Positions 10,747-21,889 of a DNA stretch of 32,000 nucleotides are shown one piece after another. Where the stretch lies: positions 1,410,001-1,442,000 of the forward strand of contig NZ_CP015137.1 of assembly GCF_001644705.1 (NCBI RefSeq), read 5' to 3'. Source of the stretch: Dickeya solani IPO 2222. GTDB lineage: Bacteria > Pseudomonadota > Gammaproteobacteria > Enterobacterales > Enterobacteriaceae. The stretch's first letter is position 1, and the number at the start of each line of letters is the position of its first letter. A program made the translations under genes and the position numbers. The notes beneath the pieces were generated by a model. The model was not told the origin of the DNA, searched no databases, and worked only from the letters and a program-made list of their open reading frames with translations.

Positions 10747-10945
10747 TATTACCCTAAATAATTCGAGTTGCGGGAAGGCGGCAACGCAGCGAATCCCCAG
10801 GAGCTTACTCAAGTAAATGACTGGGGTGAGTGACAAATCGGCTAAACCGGTTTGAACGCTGCTTGCAGCGGCCCGCAGGGCGAGGCCCATGTATGGGCCG
10901 AGTAAGAAAGCCAACGCACCTGCAACTTGAAATATGACGGGTATA
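10747..10945 (+). repeat. enlarged ERIC element (199 bp) with a 72-bp internal insertion at about 10835-10906
   Basis: Both arms align with the copy at 7991-8117 (aataattcgagttgcgggaaggcggcaa...gaatccccaggagcttac...tgactggggtgag and ...agccaacgcacctgcaacttgaaatatgacgggtata). The middle holds extra DNA with its own hairpins (GGCCCAtgtaTGGGCC, AAACCGGTTT). Confidence 0.9.
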
Positions 10946-11059
10946 TAACGGCTTGTCTCTTATAATAATTGCCGCTGTCGCCACCGTCGCTGCACGGTGG
11001 CAGACGTCCGCCGGGCCATCCGCCCCTCCGACTGATAACCAGGTAAGGCCAGATTATTC

Positions 11060-11794
11060 ATGCGAATACCGCGCATTTTTCATCCCGATACGCTTGCCCC
11101 GCAGGGGGGAGAGACAGACCTGAGCGAAGACGCTGCCAACCATGTGGGCCGGGTGCTCCGCATGAGCGCCGGACAGGCGTTGCAGTTATTCGACGACAGC
11201 AATCAGGTATTTGACGCCGAGATTTTGCAGGCAGGGAAAAAAAGCGTGCGGGTCCGTTATGCCGCCGGGCAAACAGAAGATCGGGAGTCGCCGTTGCACC
11301 TGCATCTGGGCCAGGTGATGTCGCGCGGCGAAAAAATGGAGTTCACCATCCAAAAATCCATCGAGCTGGGGGTTAACGTCATCACCCCGCTGCTCTCCGA
11401 ACGCTGCGGCGTCAAACTGGACGGTGAACGGCTGGAGAAGAAAATCGCTCAGTGGCAGAAAATCGCCACCGCCGCCTGCGAACAATGCGGCAGAAACCGC
11501 GTGCCGGAAATTCGCCCCGTCCAGACGCTGGAAAGCTGGTGCGCGGAACCGGACAATGGGTTAAAACTGAATCTGCATCCGCGGGCGGCGCACAGTATCA
11601 ATACGCTGCCGTTGCCGGTATCGCGCATTCGGCTGCTAATTGGCCCAGAAGGCGGGTTGTCGGCGGACGAAATCGCCATGACCGCAACTCAGGGTTTTAC
11701 TGATATTCTGCTGGGGCCTCGCGTTCTGCGAACAGAAACCACCGCGCTCACCGCAATCACCGCGTTGCAGGTACGATTCGGCGATCTGGGGTAA
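11060..11794 (+). CDS. rsmE: 16S rRNA (uracil1498-N3)-methyltransferase
   Basis: 244 aa. [44 protein letters not shown] and [27 protein letters not shown] are near-identical to E. coli RsmE. Confidence 0.95.
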   Translation: MRIPRIFHPDTLAPQGGETDLSEDAANHVGRVLRMSAGQALQLFDDSNQVFDAEILQAGKKSVRVRYAAGQTEDRESPLHLHLGQVMSRGEKMEFTIQKSIELGVNVITPLLSERCGVKLDGERLEKKIAQWQKIATAACEQCGRNRVPEIRPVQTLESWCAEPDNGLKLNLHPRAAHSINTLPLPVSRIRLLIGPEGGLSADEIAMTATQGFTDILLGPRVLRTETTALTAITALQVRFGDLG

Positions 11795-11805
11795 AGGAGA
11801 TAACA

Positions 11806-12759
11806 ATGATTAAACTCGGTATCGTGATGGACCCGATTTCGTCCATCAATATCAAGAAAGACACCAGCTTTGCGATGTTGCAGGAAGCGCAGCGTCGTGG
11901 CTGGGAACTGCACTATATGGAAATGGGCGATCTCTACCTGCATGCGGGTGAAGCGCGCGCCACGACCCGTATTCTGAGCGTTCAGTACGACTACAACGGC
12001 TGGTACGACTTCGGCACGACGCAGGACATCGCCCTGCATGAGCTGGATGTGGTGCTGATGCGCAAAGACCCGCCGTTCGACACCGAATTCATCTACGCCA
12101 CCTATATTCTGGAGCGGGCGGAAGAAAAAGGGACGCTAGTCGTCAATAAACCGCAGAGCCTGCGCGACTGCAACGAGAAACTGTTCACCGCCTGGTTCCC
12201 GCAACTGACGCCGGACACGCTGGTGACCCGCAGCGCCGAACGGCTGCGCGCGTTCCATCAGCAGCACAGCGACGTGATCCTCAAGCCGCTCGACGGCATG
12301 GGCGGCGCCTCGATTTTCCGCCTGAAACCGGAAGACGCCAACGTGTCGGTGATCATCGAAACCCTGACCGAACACGGCAGCCGTTACTGCATGGCGCAGA
12401 ATTACTTGCCCGCCATCAAAGACGGCGATAAGCGCGTGCTGGTGGTGGACGGCGAACCGGTGCCCTACTGTCTGGCCCGTATCCCGAAAAGCGGTGAAAC
12501 CCGTGGTAACCTGGCAGCCGGCGGCCGCGGCGAAGCTCGCCCGCTCAGCGAAAGCGATTGGCAGATTGCCCGTACCGTGGCGCCGGTGCTGAAACAGAAG
12601 GGGCTGATTTTCGTCGGGCTGGACATCATTGGCGACCGCCTGACCGAAATCAACGTCACCAGCCCGACCTGTGTGCGTGAAATCGAAGCGGCTTACCCGG
12701 ATGTTTCTATTACCGGCATGCTGATGGACGCCATTGAGCGCCGTCTGGCGCAGCGTTAA
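11806..12759 (+). CDS. gshB: glutathione synthetase
   Basis: 317 aa. MIKLGIVMDPI..INIKKDTSFAML, the ATP-grasp region KPLDGMGGASIFR, and RGNLAAGGRGE match GshB. It starts 11 nt after rsmE, as in the E. coli operon. Confidence 0.97.
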   Translation: MIKLGIVMDPISSINIKKDTSFAMLQEAQRRGWELHYMEMGDLYLHAGEARATTRILSVQYDYNGWYDFGTTQDIALHELDVVLMRKDPPFDTEFIYATYILERAEEKGTLVVNKPQSLRDCNEKLFTAWFPQLTPDTLVTRSAERLRAFHQQHSDVILKPLDGMGGASIFRLKPEDANVSVIIETLTEHGSRYCMAQNYLPAIKDGDKRVLVVDGEPVPYCLARIPKSGETRGNLAAGGRGEARPLSESDWQIARTVAPVLKQKGLIFVGLDIIGDRLTEINVTSPTCVREIEAAYPDVSITGMLMDAIERRLAQR

Positions 12760-12863
12760 CGATACACGGACCGTATCCCGGTCGGTGATGTATCCCTGAC
12801 CGGTTCGCTGCCCGACGGCGAACCGGAAGCATCCACTCCGACAGAGAAGCGATAATAAAGACG

Positions 12864-13427
12864 ATGAATTTACAGCACCATTTTCTGATTGCGATGCCCT
12901 CTCTGCAGGACCCCGTGTTCAGGCGGACGGTGATTTACCTCTGCGAGCACAATGAGGACGGCGCCATGGGCCTTATCATCAACAAGCCAATGGAACAGTT
13001 CACCGTCGAAAATATCCTCAAAAAACTGAAAATCACGCCTAATCCGCGAGATACGACGATTCGCCTCGACAAGCCGGTCTTTTCCGGCGGTCCGCTGGCG
13101 GACGATCGCGGTTTTATCCTGCATACGCCGCTCCCTGGCTTCGCGTCCAGCATCAGCATTTCCGACGAAATCATGATCACCACCTCAAAGGATGTGTTGG
13201 AAACCCTGGGGACACCGGAACAACCGCGCAATACGCTGGTGGCGCTGGGTTATTCGGCCTGGGAAAGCGGTCAGCTCGAAGACGAACTGCTGGAAAACGC
13301 CTGGCTGACGGTGCCGGCGGACCATCATCTGCTGTTCCACACCCCGATTGCCGAGCGCTGGCGCGCCGCCGCCAAAAAACTGGGCGTGGACATTCATAAT
13401 ATCGCTGCCGAAGCGGGGCACGCTTGA
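12864..13427 (+). CDS. yqgE: UPF0301 (AlgH-like) protein YqgE
   Basis: 187 aa. [42 protein letters not shown] matches E. coli YqgE and keeps the conserved position before yqgF. Confidence 0.9.
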   Translation: MNLQHHFLIAMPSLQDPVFRRTVIYLCEHNEDGAMGLIINKPMEQFTVENILKKLKITPNPRDTTIRLDKPVFSGGPLADDRGFILHTPLPGFASSISISDEIMITTSKDVLETLGTPEQPRNTLVALGYSAWESGQLEDELLENAWLTVPADHHLLFHTPIAERWRAAAKKLGVDIHNIAAEAGHA

Positions 13428-13858
13428 TGGGGAACCGTACGTTGTTGGCCTTCGACTTTGGCACCCGCAGCATTGGCGTCGCCATCGGACAGGAAATTAC
13501 CGGCACCGCCCGTCCGCTGACGGCGCTAAAAGCGCAGGACGGCGTGCCCGACTGGCAGAAAGTGGAGAAATTACTCAACGAGTGGCAGCCCGCGCTGGTT
13601 ATCGTCGGCCTGCCGCTGAACATGGACGGCACCGAACAACCGCTGACCGCCCGGGCGCGCAAATTCGGCCAGCGTCTGCATGGCCGTTTCGGCGTCAAGG
13701 TTGACCTACACGACGAGCGGCTCAGCACGGTGGAAGCACGAGCGGATCTGTTCGAACGCGGTGGATTCCGGGCGCTGGACAAAGGCAGCGTAGACGCCGC
13801 CTCCGCCGTGATTATCCTGGAAAGCTGGTTCGAACAGCAACTCGGCCGGCCGCAGTAA
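13427..13858 (+). CDS. ruvX: YqgF/RuvX RNase H-fold nuclease (pre-16S rRNA processing)
   Basis: [22 protein letters not shown].. and [21 protein letters not shown] match E. coli YqgF. The ATG at 13427 overlaps the yqgE TGA (TGATG). The ORF-track start at 13424 is a TTG one codon upstream. Confidence 0.92.
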   Translation: MGNRTLLAFDFGTRSIGVAIGQEITGTARPLTALKAQDGVPDWQKVEKLLNEWQPALVIVGLPLNMDGTEQPLTARARKFGQRLHGRFGVKVDLHDERLSTVEARADLFERGGFRALDKGSVDAASAVIILESWFEQQLGRPQ

Positions 13859-13892
13859 ATCACACGTATTTATTATCGACGCCATAAACGAC

Positions 13893-13916
13893 TCAGGCCC
13901 GCATAGGCGGGCCTGA
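13893..13916. terminator. GC-rich hairpin between convergent ruvX and fbp (possible bidirectional terminator, no clear U-tract)
   Basis: TCAGGCCCGC-atag-GCGGGCCTGA is a perfect 10-bp stem. Flanks are only weakly A/T-rich. Confidence 0.4.
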
Positions 13917-13936
13917 ATGAAGCTACTGGCGTACAT

Positions 13937-14941
13937 TTACGCGTCCGGATAGTCGCGCAGGAACCCTTCCAGATCTTCCACCATCGACGTATTGCCGACG
14001 AAGAACGGCGCACGCTGATGCAGTTTCTGCGGAGTAATGTCCAGAATACGGCTTTTGCCATCACTGGCTTTACCGCCCGCCTGCTCCGCCAGGAACGCCA
14101 TCGGGTTACATTCGTACAGCAAACGCAGTTTCCCTTCCGGGTAGCTGGCAGTGCTCGGGTAAAGATAAATACCGCCTTTCAACAGGTTACGGTGGAAATC
14201 CGCCACCAGCGAACCGATATAACGGGTGGTGTACGGACGCTGCGTCGCCTCATCCTGTTCCTGACAGTATTTAATGTACTTTTTCACACCCTGCGGGAAT
14301 TTAATGTAGTTCCCTTCGTTGATGGAGTACATGTTGCCTTTCTCCGGGAAACGCACGCGTTCGTGAGACAGGCAGAACACGCCCAGCGACGGGTCATAAG
14401 TAAAGGCATGCACGCCATGACCGGTGGTGTACACCAGCATGGTGGAAGAGCCATACACGATATAACCGGCAGCCACCTGCTTGTGGCCAGGCTGGAGGAA
14501 ATCCTCTTCGCGCACCGGCATGCCCAGCGGGGTGATGCGGCGGTAAATAGAGAAAATGGTTCCGACAGAGACGTTGACGTCAATATTGGAAGAACCGTCC
14601 AGCGGGTCCATCAATACCACGTATTTGGCGTTTTCGGCGCGCTCACCGTCGAAGATAACGATCTCGTCTTCTTCTTCGGAAGCAATCCCTGCCACCTCGC
14701 CACGTGCTTTCAGCGCCGCTTTCAGCTTTTCATTGGCGTACAGATCGAGCTTCATCTGCACTTCGCCTTGAACGTTGGAAACGCCGCTGGTACCCAGAAT
14801 ATCCACCAGACCAGCCTTGTTGATGTCGCGGTGGATAATCTTCGCACCCAGTTTAATGGCCGACAGTAGTGCAGTCAGCTCACCAGTGGCGTGAGAGAAA
14901 TCGTGCTGTTTTTCGACGATAAATTCGCCTAACGTTTTCAT
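13937..14941 (-). CDS. fbp: fructose-1,6-bisphosphatase class I
   Basis: [45 protein letters not shown] is colinear with E. coli Fbp through the end. I moved the start from ORF-track 15019 to the ATG at 14941 by homology. An in-frame ATG 13 codons upstream (14980) is a less likely alternative. Confidence 0.95.
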   Translation of the reverse strand: MKTLGEFIVEKQHDFSHATGELTALLSAIKLGAKIIHRDINKAGLVDILGTSGVSNVQGEVQMKLDLYANEKLKAALKARGEVAGIASEEEDEIVIFDGERAENAKYVVLMDPLDGSSNIDVNVSVGTIFSIYRRITPLGMPVREEDFLQPGHKQVAAGYIVYGSSTMLVYTTGHGVHAFTYDPSLGVFCLSHERVRFPEKGNMYSINEGNYIKFPQGVKKYIKYCQEQDEATQRPYTTRYIGSLVADFHRNLLKGGIYLYPSTASYPEGKLRLLYECNPMAFLAEQAGGKASDGKSRILDITPQKLHQRAPFFVGNTSMVEDLEGFLRDYPDA

Positions 14942-15111
14942 AACACTATTCCAGAATCTACGAATGAAAAGCGGTTTCATTTTTCTACCGCCAGCGTTTG
15001 CGTCTGCAGTGTAGCCCAAAGAGAAAGCGAGTACCTAGCAAATCCATTTCTTATGACGTATTCCAAGCGTTAGAATGGACGGCAGACTCTCTGAATATAG
15101 ATGGAAAACGT

Positions 15112-16494
15112 ATGCGTATTCATATTTTAGGAATCTGTGGCACCTTCATGGGAGGACTGGCGTTGCTGGCCCGATCACAAGGACATCAGGTAACCGGTTC
15201 GGATGCTAACGTCTATCCGCCAATGAGTACCTTACTGGAAGAACAAGGGATTACCCTGGTCCAGGGATACGACCCTGCGCAGTTGGATCCGGCTCCGGAT
15301 CTGGTCATCATTGGCAATGCCATGACCCGTGGCAATCCCTGCGTTGAGGCGGTGCTCGAACAAAATATCCCTTATATGTCCGGTCCGCAATGGCTTCATG
15401 ATCACGTGCTGCGCGAACGCTGGGTTATCGCCGTCGCCGGCACCCACGGCAAAACCACCACCGCCGGCATGGTGACCTGGATTCTGGAAGACTGCGGCTA
15501 CCAGCCGGGATTCGTCATTGGCGGCGTGCCGGGCAACTTCACCGTCTCCGCTCGCCTGGGTGAAAGCCCGTTCTTCGTGGTGGAAGCGGACGAGTATGAC
15601 TGCGCCTTCTTCGACAAGCGTTCCAAGTTCGTGCACTACAGCCCGCGCACGTTAATTCTGAATAATCTGGAATTTGACCACGCGGATATCTTCGACGACC
15701 TCAAGGCCATCCAGAAACAGTTCCACCATCTGGTGCGTCTGGTTCCGGGCAAGGGCCGTATCATCGTGCCGTCTCACGACCTGCATTTGAAACAGGTAAT
15801 GGGTATGGGATGCTGGAGCGAGCAGGAACTGGTGGGTGAAGAAGGCATCTGGAAGGCGAAAAAGGTCACCACCGACGCCAGCGTGTTTCAGGTGTACCTC
15901 AACGACCAGTTAGTCGGGGAAGTCAGCTGGAATCTGGTGGGCGAACACAACATGCATAACGGCCTGATGGCGATCGCCGCGGCGCGTCATGTCGGCGTCC
16001 CGCCAGCGGAAGCCTGCCGCGCGCTGGGCGGTTTCATTAACGCCCGCCGCCGGCTGGAACTGCGCGGCACCGCGCACGCCGTGTCGGTCTATGACGATTT
16101 TGCCCATCACCCAACCGCGATCCTCGCCACGCTGGCCGCCCTACGCAGCAAAGTGGGCGGTACGGCGAGGATCCTCGCTGTACTGGAGCCTCGCTCCAAC
16201 ACCATGAAAATGGGTCATTGCAAAAACGAGTTAGCACCGGCGCTGGGCCGCGCTGACGGTGTCTTCCTGTTCCAGCCTCAGCATATTCCGTGGCAGGTTG
16301 CTGAAGTGGCGGACGCCTGTGTTCAGCCAGCCTACTGGAGCGCGGATATCGACACGCTGGTGGAGATGATCGGCAAAACCGCTCAACCGGGCGATCATAT
16401 TCTGGTCATGAGCAACGGCGGCTTCGGCAATATTCACAACAAACTGCTGGATGCGCTGAACGCCAAAGCACAGGCGGCGGACAACGAAGACTGA
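15112..16494 (+). CDS. mpl: UDP-N-acetylmuramate:L-alanyl-gamma-D-glutamyl-meso-diaminopimelate ligase (murein peptide ligase)
   Basis: MRIHILGICGTFMGGLA..., GTHGKTTT and DEYDCAFFDKRSKFVHY match E. coli Mpl. I moved the start from the ORF-track TTG at 14998 to the ATG at 15112 (Met39). Confidence 0.95.
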   Translation: MRIHILGICGTFMGGLALLARSQGHQVTGSDANVYPPMSTLLEEQGITLVQGYDPAQLDPAPDLVIIGNAMTRGNPCVEAVLEQNIPYMSGPQWLHDHVLRERWVIAVAGTHGKTTTAGMVTWILEDCGYQPGFVIGGVPGNFTVSARLGESPFFVVEADEYDCAFFDKRSKFVHYSPRTLILNNLEFDHADIFDDLKAIQKQFHHLVRLVPGKGRIIVPSHDLHLKQVMGMGCWSEQELVGEEGIWKAKKVTTDASVFQVYLNDQLVGEVSWNLVGEHNMHNGLMAIAAARHVGVPPAEACRALGGFINARRRLELRGTAHAVSVYDDFAHHPTAILATLAALRSKVGGTARILAVLEPRSNTMKMGHCKNELAPALGRADGVFLFQPQHIPWQVAEVADACVQPAYWSADIDTLVEMIGKTAQPGDHILVMSNGGFGNIHNKLLDALNAKAQAADNED

Positions 16495-16551
16495 CAGGTT
16501 ATCGCAGGCTGCGTACATCGCCGGCAACATGTTTGCCGGCAAACAGATAGC

Positions 16552-16579
16552 AAAAAGGACGGGCAAGCCCGTCCTTTTT
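16552..16579. terminator. bidirectional rho-independent terminator between convergent mpl and purA
   Basis: AAAAA-GGACGGGC-aa-GCCCGTCC-TTTTT has A- and T-runs on the two sides. A second hairpin, GCCGGCAA-catgt-TTGCCGGC, lies at 16520-16540. Confidence 0.8.
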
Positions 16580-16598
16580 CATGCAGCAACCATCGTGA

Positions 16599-17930
<1,332 letters not shown>

Positions 17931-17962
17931 CTAGCATCTCATCTTTCGGCTTTCAGTACTTT

Positions 17963-17978
17963 TAGCACACGTTTGCGC
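17963..17978. promoter_or_regulatory. PurR operator (pur box) upstream of purA
   Basis: The core GCACACGTTTGC (17965-17976) matches the palindromic pur-box core GCAAACGTTTGC at 11/12 positions. It lies 66-81 nt upstream of the purA ATG, just upstream of a candidate promoter (CTGAAA-17-TAGAAT on the minus strand). Confidence 0.5.
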
Positions 17979-17996
17979 ACATTTTTAGCGGAAATT

Positions 17997-18197
17997 TCAG
18001 CCGCCTGTCCGGCTACGCAACATGTAGTAGATCACACAGCCGGCGACCACAATACCCCCGCCAAACCGGCGCAAAATATTATCGGGCAGCTGTGCCATGG
18101 TCAGGATCATCCGCCGCCAGATACGTGGAAACAGCAACGGTCCTAACCCTTCCATGATTAGCACCAACCCCAGCGCCAGCCAGATGCTCACATTCAT
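17997..18197 (-). CDS. yjeT: small inner-membrane protein YjeT (DUF2065)
   Basis: MNVSIWLALGLVLIMEGLGPLLFPRIWRRMI..LPDNILRRFGGGIVVAG matches 65-aa E. coli YjeT. Start set at Met13 of the ORF-track product, with SD CTGGAG upstream. Confidence 0.85.
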   Translation of the reverse strand: MNVSIWLALGLVLIMEGLGPLLFPRIWRRMILTMAQLPDNILRRFGGGIVVAGCVIYYMLRSRTGG

Positions 18198-18215
18198 AAA
18201 AAAAACTCCAGACAG

Positions 18216-18239
18216 AAAAAAGCCCGTAAACACGGGCTT
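18216..18239 (-). terminator. rho-independent terminator after hflC
   Basis: The minus strand reads AAGCCCGT-gttt-ACGGGCTT followed by TTTTTT, 21 nt after the hflC stop and immediately before the yjeT SD. Confidence 0.75.
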
Positions 18240-18259
18240 GATAGTGGCGGTAAATAACT

Positions 18260-19255
18260 TTAACGAGTAGAGAGGCTTTTCTCGGGCGATTTCATATAGC
18301 GGAAGAAATCGCTATCGGGACTCAGCACTAGCACATCCTGATTGGTGCTATTAAAGCTATTCTCATAGGCTCGCAGGCTACGAATAAAACCATAAAAAGC
18401 CGGATCCTGACTGAACGCGGCAGCAAACAGTTTGGCTGCGTCGGCATCCCCTTCACCACGCAGGATTCGACCCTGACGCTCAGCTTCCGCCAGTGTGCGG
18501 GTGACCTCATAATCGGCCGCCGCCTTGATCTTTTCAGCCTGCTCCTGACCCTGAGAGCGATGGCGGCGTGCAACCGCTTCACGTTCGGCACGCATACGCT
18601 GGTAGATCGCATCCGATACTTCGGCTGGCAGGTTGATCTGCTTGATGCGCACATCGATCACTTCGATCCCGAGCGCCGCCATGCTGTTGGGGTTGATCCG
18701 CGGCCCACCACTGGAGGTCTCGCGTTCTACACGCGCCGCCGCCGAGGCAATGGCGTTATCCGCCTCTGTGGTCTCGCCGGTACCAGCGTTCAGTGCTTCA
18801 CGCACATCCGACATCAACTGGCCGCGGGAATCGGTCACGATGCCTTTCACATCCAGACGACCGATCTCGGAACGCAGACGGTCGCTGAACTTACGTTTCA
18901 GCAGGACTTCCGCCTGAGACACATCGCCACCGCCGGTAGCGAGGTAGTAACGGCTGAAATCGCTGATACGCCATTTGATATACGAGTCGACAATCAGGTC
19001 TTTCTGCTCTTTGGTAATGAAGCGATCAGCCTGATTTTCCATGGTCTGGATGCGAGCATCCAGCATTTTTACCGACTCCAGGAACGGGATCTTCACATGC
19101 AGGCCAGGCAAATACACCAGCGGCTTGTTTTCATTGTCGCGCAGGACTTTGCCAAAGCGCATCACGATACCGCGTTGACCTTCCTGCACCACAAACAGTG
19201 AGGCATAGACCACCAGCAGTAACAGGACAAGAATAAAGAGGACTGACTTACGCAT
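18260..19255 (-). CDS. hflC: FtsH protease modulator HflC
   Basis: 331 aa with an N-terminal TM segment followed by an SPFH/band-7 domain (VVQEGQRGIVMRFGKV). It follows hflK by 3 nt, as in E. coli. Confidence 0.96.
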   Translation of the reverse strand: MRKSVLFILVLLLLVVYASLFVVQEGQRGIVMRFGKVLRDNENKPLVYLPGLHVKIPFLESVKMLDARIQTMENQADRFITKEQKDLIVDSYIKWRISDFSRYYLATGGGDVSQAEVLLKRKFSDRLRSEIGRLDVKGIVTDSRGQLMSDVREALNAGTGETTEADNAIASAAARVERETSSGGPRINPNSMAALGIEVIDVRIKQINLPAEVSDAIYQRMRAEREAVARRHRSQGQEQAEKIKAAADYEVTRTLAEAERQGRILRGEGDADAAKLFAAAFSQDPAFYGFIRSLRAYENSFNSTNQDVLVLSPDSDFFRYMKSPEKSLSTR

Positions 19256-19258
19256 TGA

Positions 19259-20521
19259 TTATTCTCTCCCTACGCGAATGTTCTCGTCGCGCTGCGCGTT
19301 GGCGCGGCGTTGATCCATAATGTTGCCGTTGTTGCCGGAAGAACGCGGCGCATAACCGACACCACTACTGTTTGATGAGCTTGACGGCAGACGCAACGGC
19401 GCCGGATTGGCAGCATTACCGCTCGTCGACGCGCTGGTCGAAACGCCCCCCTGACCACGCATAAGCTGATCAAGCGGCAGGACCATCAGATTGTTGCTTT
19501 TGTCGCTCACCAGCACCTTGTTGGTATGGCTTAACACGCGTTCCATCGTCTCGATGTAGAGACGTTCGCGGGTAATTTCCGGTGCGGCCTTATACTCCGG
19601 CAACAGACGCGAGAAGCGGGAAACTTCACCCTGTGCTTCCAGCACGGTACGGTCTTTATAGGCACGGGATTCTTCCAGAATACGCTGCGCCTGACCATTG
19701 GCGCGCGGCTGGACTTCGTTGGCGTAGGCCTCCGCCTCACGAATGTACTGCTGCTCGTTTTCACGGGCGGCGATCGCATCGTCAAACGCGGCTTTGACTT
19801 CCTCAGGCGGACGAGCGGTCTGGAAGTTCACATCCAGCAGAGTGATGCCCATATCATACGGACGCACGGTTTCCTCCAGCACGCGCTGGGTATCCGTACG
19901 CACAATGGTACGCCCTTCGGTCAGGATTTTATCCATGGTGTATTTGCCGATCACCCCGCGCAGTGCGCTGTCGGTGGCCTGACGCAGGCTGTCATCGGCA
20001 TTGGTGACGCTAAACAGATACTTGTCCGGCTGGGTGACGCGGTACTGCACGTTCATCTCCACCCGCACCACATTTTCGTCGGACGTCAGCATAACGCCGG
20101 ACGTCGCCAGCTCGCGGACGGACTCAACGTTTACGGCACGCACCGAATCAACAAAGGTCGGTTTCCAGTTCAGGCCCGGACCAACCAGATGGCTAAATTT
20201 GCCAAAACGGGTGACCACGCCGCGCTCCGCTTCCTTGATGGTATAGAAACCGCTGACGCCCCAAACCACCACGGCAGCCGCCACGACCAGCCCCAGAATA
20301 CGGCCGCCGTTGCCGCCGCCCTGAGAACCGGTGCCGGAACCAGACGATTTACCACCCAGATCGCCGAGCTTTTTGCTCAACTTACGGAATATATCGTCGA
20401 GGTCAGGCGGTCCCTGATCCCGTCCACCTTTATTGTTTCCGCCAGAGTTGCCGCTATTGTTATTGCTGCTCCCCCACGGGTCGCGGTCCTGTCCGTTGTT
20501 ACCGGGCTGATTCCACGCCAT
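19259..20521 (-). CDS. hflK: FtsH protease modulator HflK
   Basis: MAWNQPGNNGQDRDPWGSS..GGRDQGPPDLDDIFRKLSKKLG is identical in long blocks to E. coli HflK. ATG at 20521 with SD GGAG. The ORF-track start at 20533 is four codons too far upstream. Confidence 0.96.
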   Translation of the reverse strand: MAWNQPGNNGQDRDPWGSSNNNSGNSGGNNKGGRDQGPPDLDDIFRKLSKKLGDLGGKSSGSGTGSQGGGNGGRILGLVVAAAVVVWGVSGFYTIKEAERGVVTRFGKFSHLVGPGLNWKPTFVDSVRAVNVESVRELATSGVMLTSDENVVRVEMNVQYRVTQPDKYLFSVTNADDSLRQATDSALRGVIGKYTMDKILTEGRTIVRTDTQRVLEETVRPYDMGITLLDVNFQTARPPEEVKAAFDDAIAARENEQQYIREAEAYANEVQPRANGQAQRILEESRAYKDRTVLEAQGEVSRFSRLLPEYKAAPEITRERLYIETMERVLSHTNKVLVSDKSNNLMVLPLDQLMRGQGGVSTSASTSGNAANPAPLRLPSSSSNSSGVGYAPRSSGNNGNIMDQRRANAQRDENIRVGRE

Positions 20522-20593
20522 GTTTAGCTCCATTCATTATGATAGGTATTTTTCGGGGTCAATGTCCCAGAGTTATGAGACTGTCTGTGTAGC

Positions 20594-21874
20594 TCAGACA
20601 ATATAATCCTGCAATTTCTGCTCCTGCTTGCACAGGCGCCGCCAGTCGATAATGGGCATTCTGACCACCAACCCTACGCTGCCGTCTTCCTCAATCCATT
20701 CTTTTTCTATTGCCTGAAGCTGGTAGAAACGGCTTCGCAGGCGCCCGGCCTGCGGAGGAAGATGCAAAGAATAATGCGCAATTTCTCCGGAAAGCCGTTC
20801 AGTCAACGCCTGGTATAATAATGGAATCCCTTCTCCGGTCTGGGCAGAAAGCCATACCCTGATCGGTCGGTTCTCTTCATCACGGTCGATACGCGGTTCA
20901 ACGTTTTCCTGCCGGTCTATCTTGTTCATGACCAGCAAAAACGGAATATCGTCCGCTTCGATTTCAGCCAATACCTCATTCACGGCATCAATGTTTTCAT
21001 CGACGCGGGCGTCAGAGGCATCAACCACATGCAACAACAAAGTCGCTTCACGGGTTTCCTGCAGCGTCGCTTTAAACGCCGCCACCAAATCATGCGGCAA
21101 CTCACGGATAAAACCAACAGTATCCGCCAGTACGGTATCACCGACATCATCCACATTAATGCGTCGCAAGGTCGGATCCAGCGTGGCAAACAGTTGGTCG
21201 GCGGCATAGACATCCGCCGATGTCATGCGGTTGAACAGGGTCGATTTACCGGCGTTGGTGTAGCCCACCAGCGAAACCGTCGGCACTTCGGCTCGAGTTC
21301 GCGCCCGACGCCCCTGTTCACGCTGCTTTTCCACCCTTTCGAGGCGGGACAAGATCTGACTGATGCGGTTACGCAGCAAGCGCCGGTCGGTTTCCAGCTG
21401 GGTTTCACCCGGCCCACGTAAACCAATCCCGCCTTTCTGTCTCTCAAGGTGGGTCCAGCCGCGAACCAGACGCGTCGCCAGATGGCGCAACTGCGCCAGC
21501 TCAACCTGTAGCTTCCCTTCATGGGTACGGGCGCGCTGAGCGAAGATATCCAGAATCAACCCGGTTCGATCGATAACCCGGCATTCGCACAGCCGTTCCA
21601 GATTACGCTCCTGCGCGGGCGTCAACGCATGATTGAACAACACAACAAAGGCACCGGTCGCTTTGACCGCCTGAGCGATCTCCTCCGCCTTGCCTTCGCC
21701 GACAAAATATTTGGAGTGCGGCGCCTTGCGGCTGCCGGTAATCACCTGCAACGCGTCTATTCCGGCTGAAGACACCAGAGATTCAAACTCCAGCAAATCC
21801 TCAGTATCTTTCTCTTGCGAAAAGTAAATATGAACTAGTATGGCCTGTTCACCGGCTTCGTAACGGTCAAACAA
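20594..21874 (-). CDS. hflX: ribosome-associated GTPase HflX
   Basis: The 426-aa ORF is colinear with E. coli HflX from [11 protein letters not shown] to the end, with G motifs [14 protein letters not shown] and NKID. The initiation codon is TTG (21874..21872), preceded by SD GAGAGGG. Confidence 0.96.
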   Translation of the reverse strand: MFDRYEAGEQAILVHIYFSQEKDTEDLLEFESLVSSAGIDALQVITGSRKAPHSKYFVGEGKAEEIAQAVKATGAFVVLFNHALTPAQERNLERLCECRVIDRTGLILDIFAQRARTHEGKLQVELAQLRHLATRLVRGWTHLERQKGGIGLRGPGETQLETDRRLLRNRISQILSRLERVEKQREQGRRARTRAEVPTVSLVGYTNAGKSTLFNRMTSADVYAADQLFATLDPTLRRINVDDVGDTVLADTVGFIRELPHDLVAAFKATLQETREATLLLHVVDASDARVDENIDAVNEVLAEIEADDIPFLLVMNKIDRQENVEPRIDRDEENRPIRVWLSAQTGEGIPLLYQALTERLSGEIAHYSLHLPPQAGRLRSRFYQLQAIEKEWIEEDGSVGLVVRMPIIDWRRLCKQEQKLQDYIV

Positions 21875-21889
21875 CCGGGCACCCTCTCA

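Noticed and set aside
11001-11010. The 10-mer CAGACGTCCG, containing a 7/8 met box AGACGTCC, lies upstream of rsmE and is repeated identically at 29838-29847 upstream of queG.
   Set aside because: MetJ needs at least two tandem boxes and the neighbouring octamers do not match. By my estimate, hundreds of repeated 10-mer pairs are expected by chance in 32 kb, so the shared 10-mer is not significant.
12781-12826. GC-rich hairpins after gshB (CGGACCG..CGGTCGG and CCGGTTCGC-9 nt-GCGAACCGG), considered as a REP element or terminator.
   Set aside because: There is no U-tract and no match to REP consensus that I can recall. They may be a weak or Rho-assisted terminator, but I cannot support a call.
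14998-15111. N-terminal extensions in the ORF track: mpl from 14998, fbp to 15019, metK from 8106, purA to 17909, yjeT to 18233, hflK to 20533, mutL to 25277, amiB to 27137, ruvX from 13424.
   Set aside because: The track takes the longest ORF and includes TTG/GTG starts. Homology with the E. coli N-termini and better SD placement support the internal ATGs used in the feature table.
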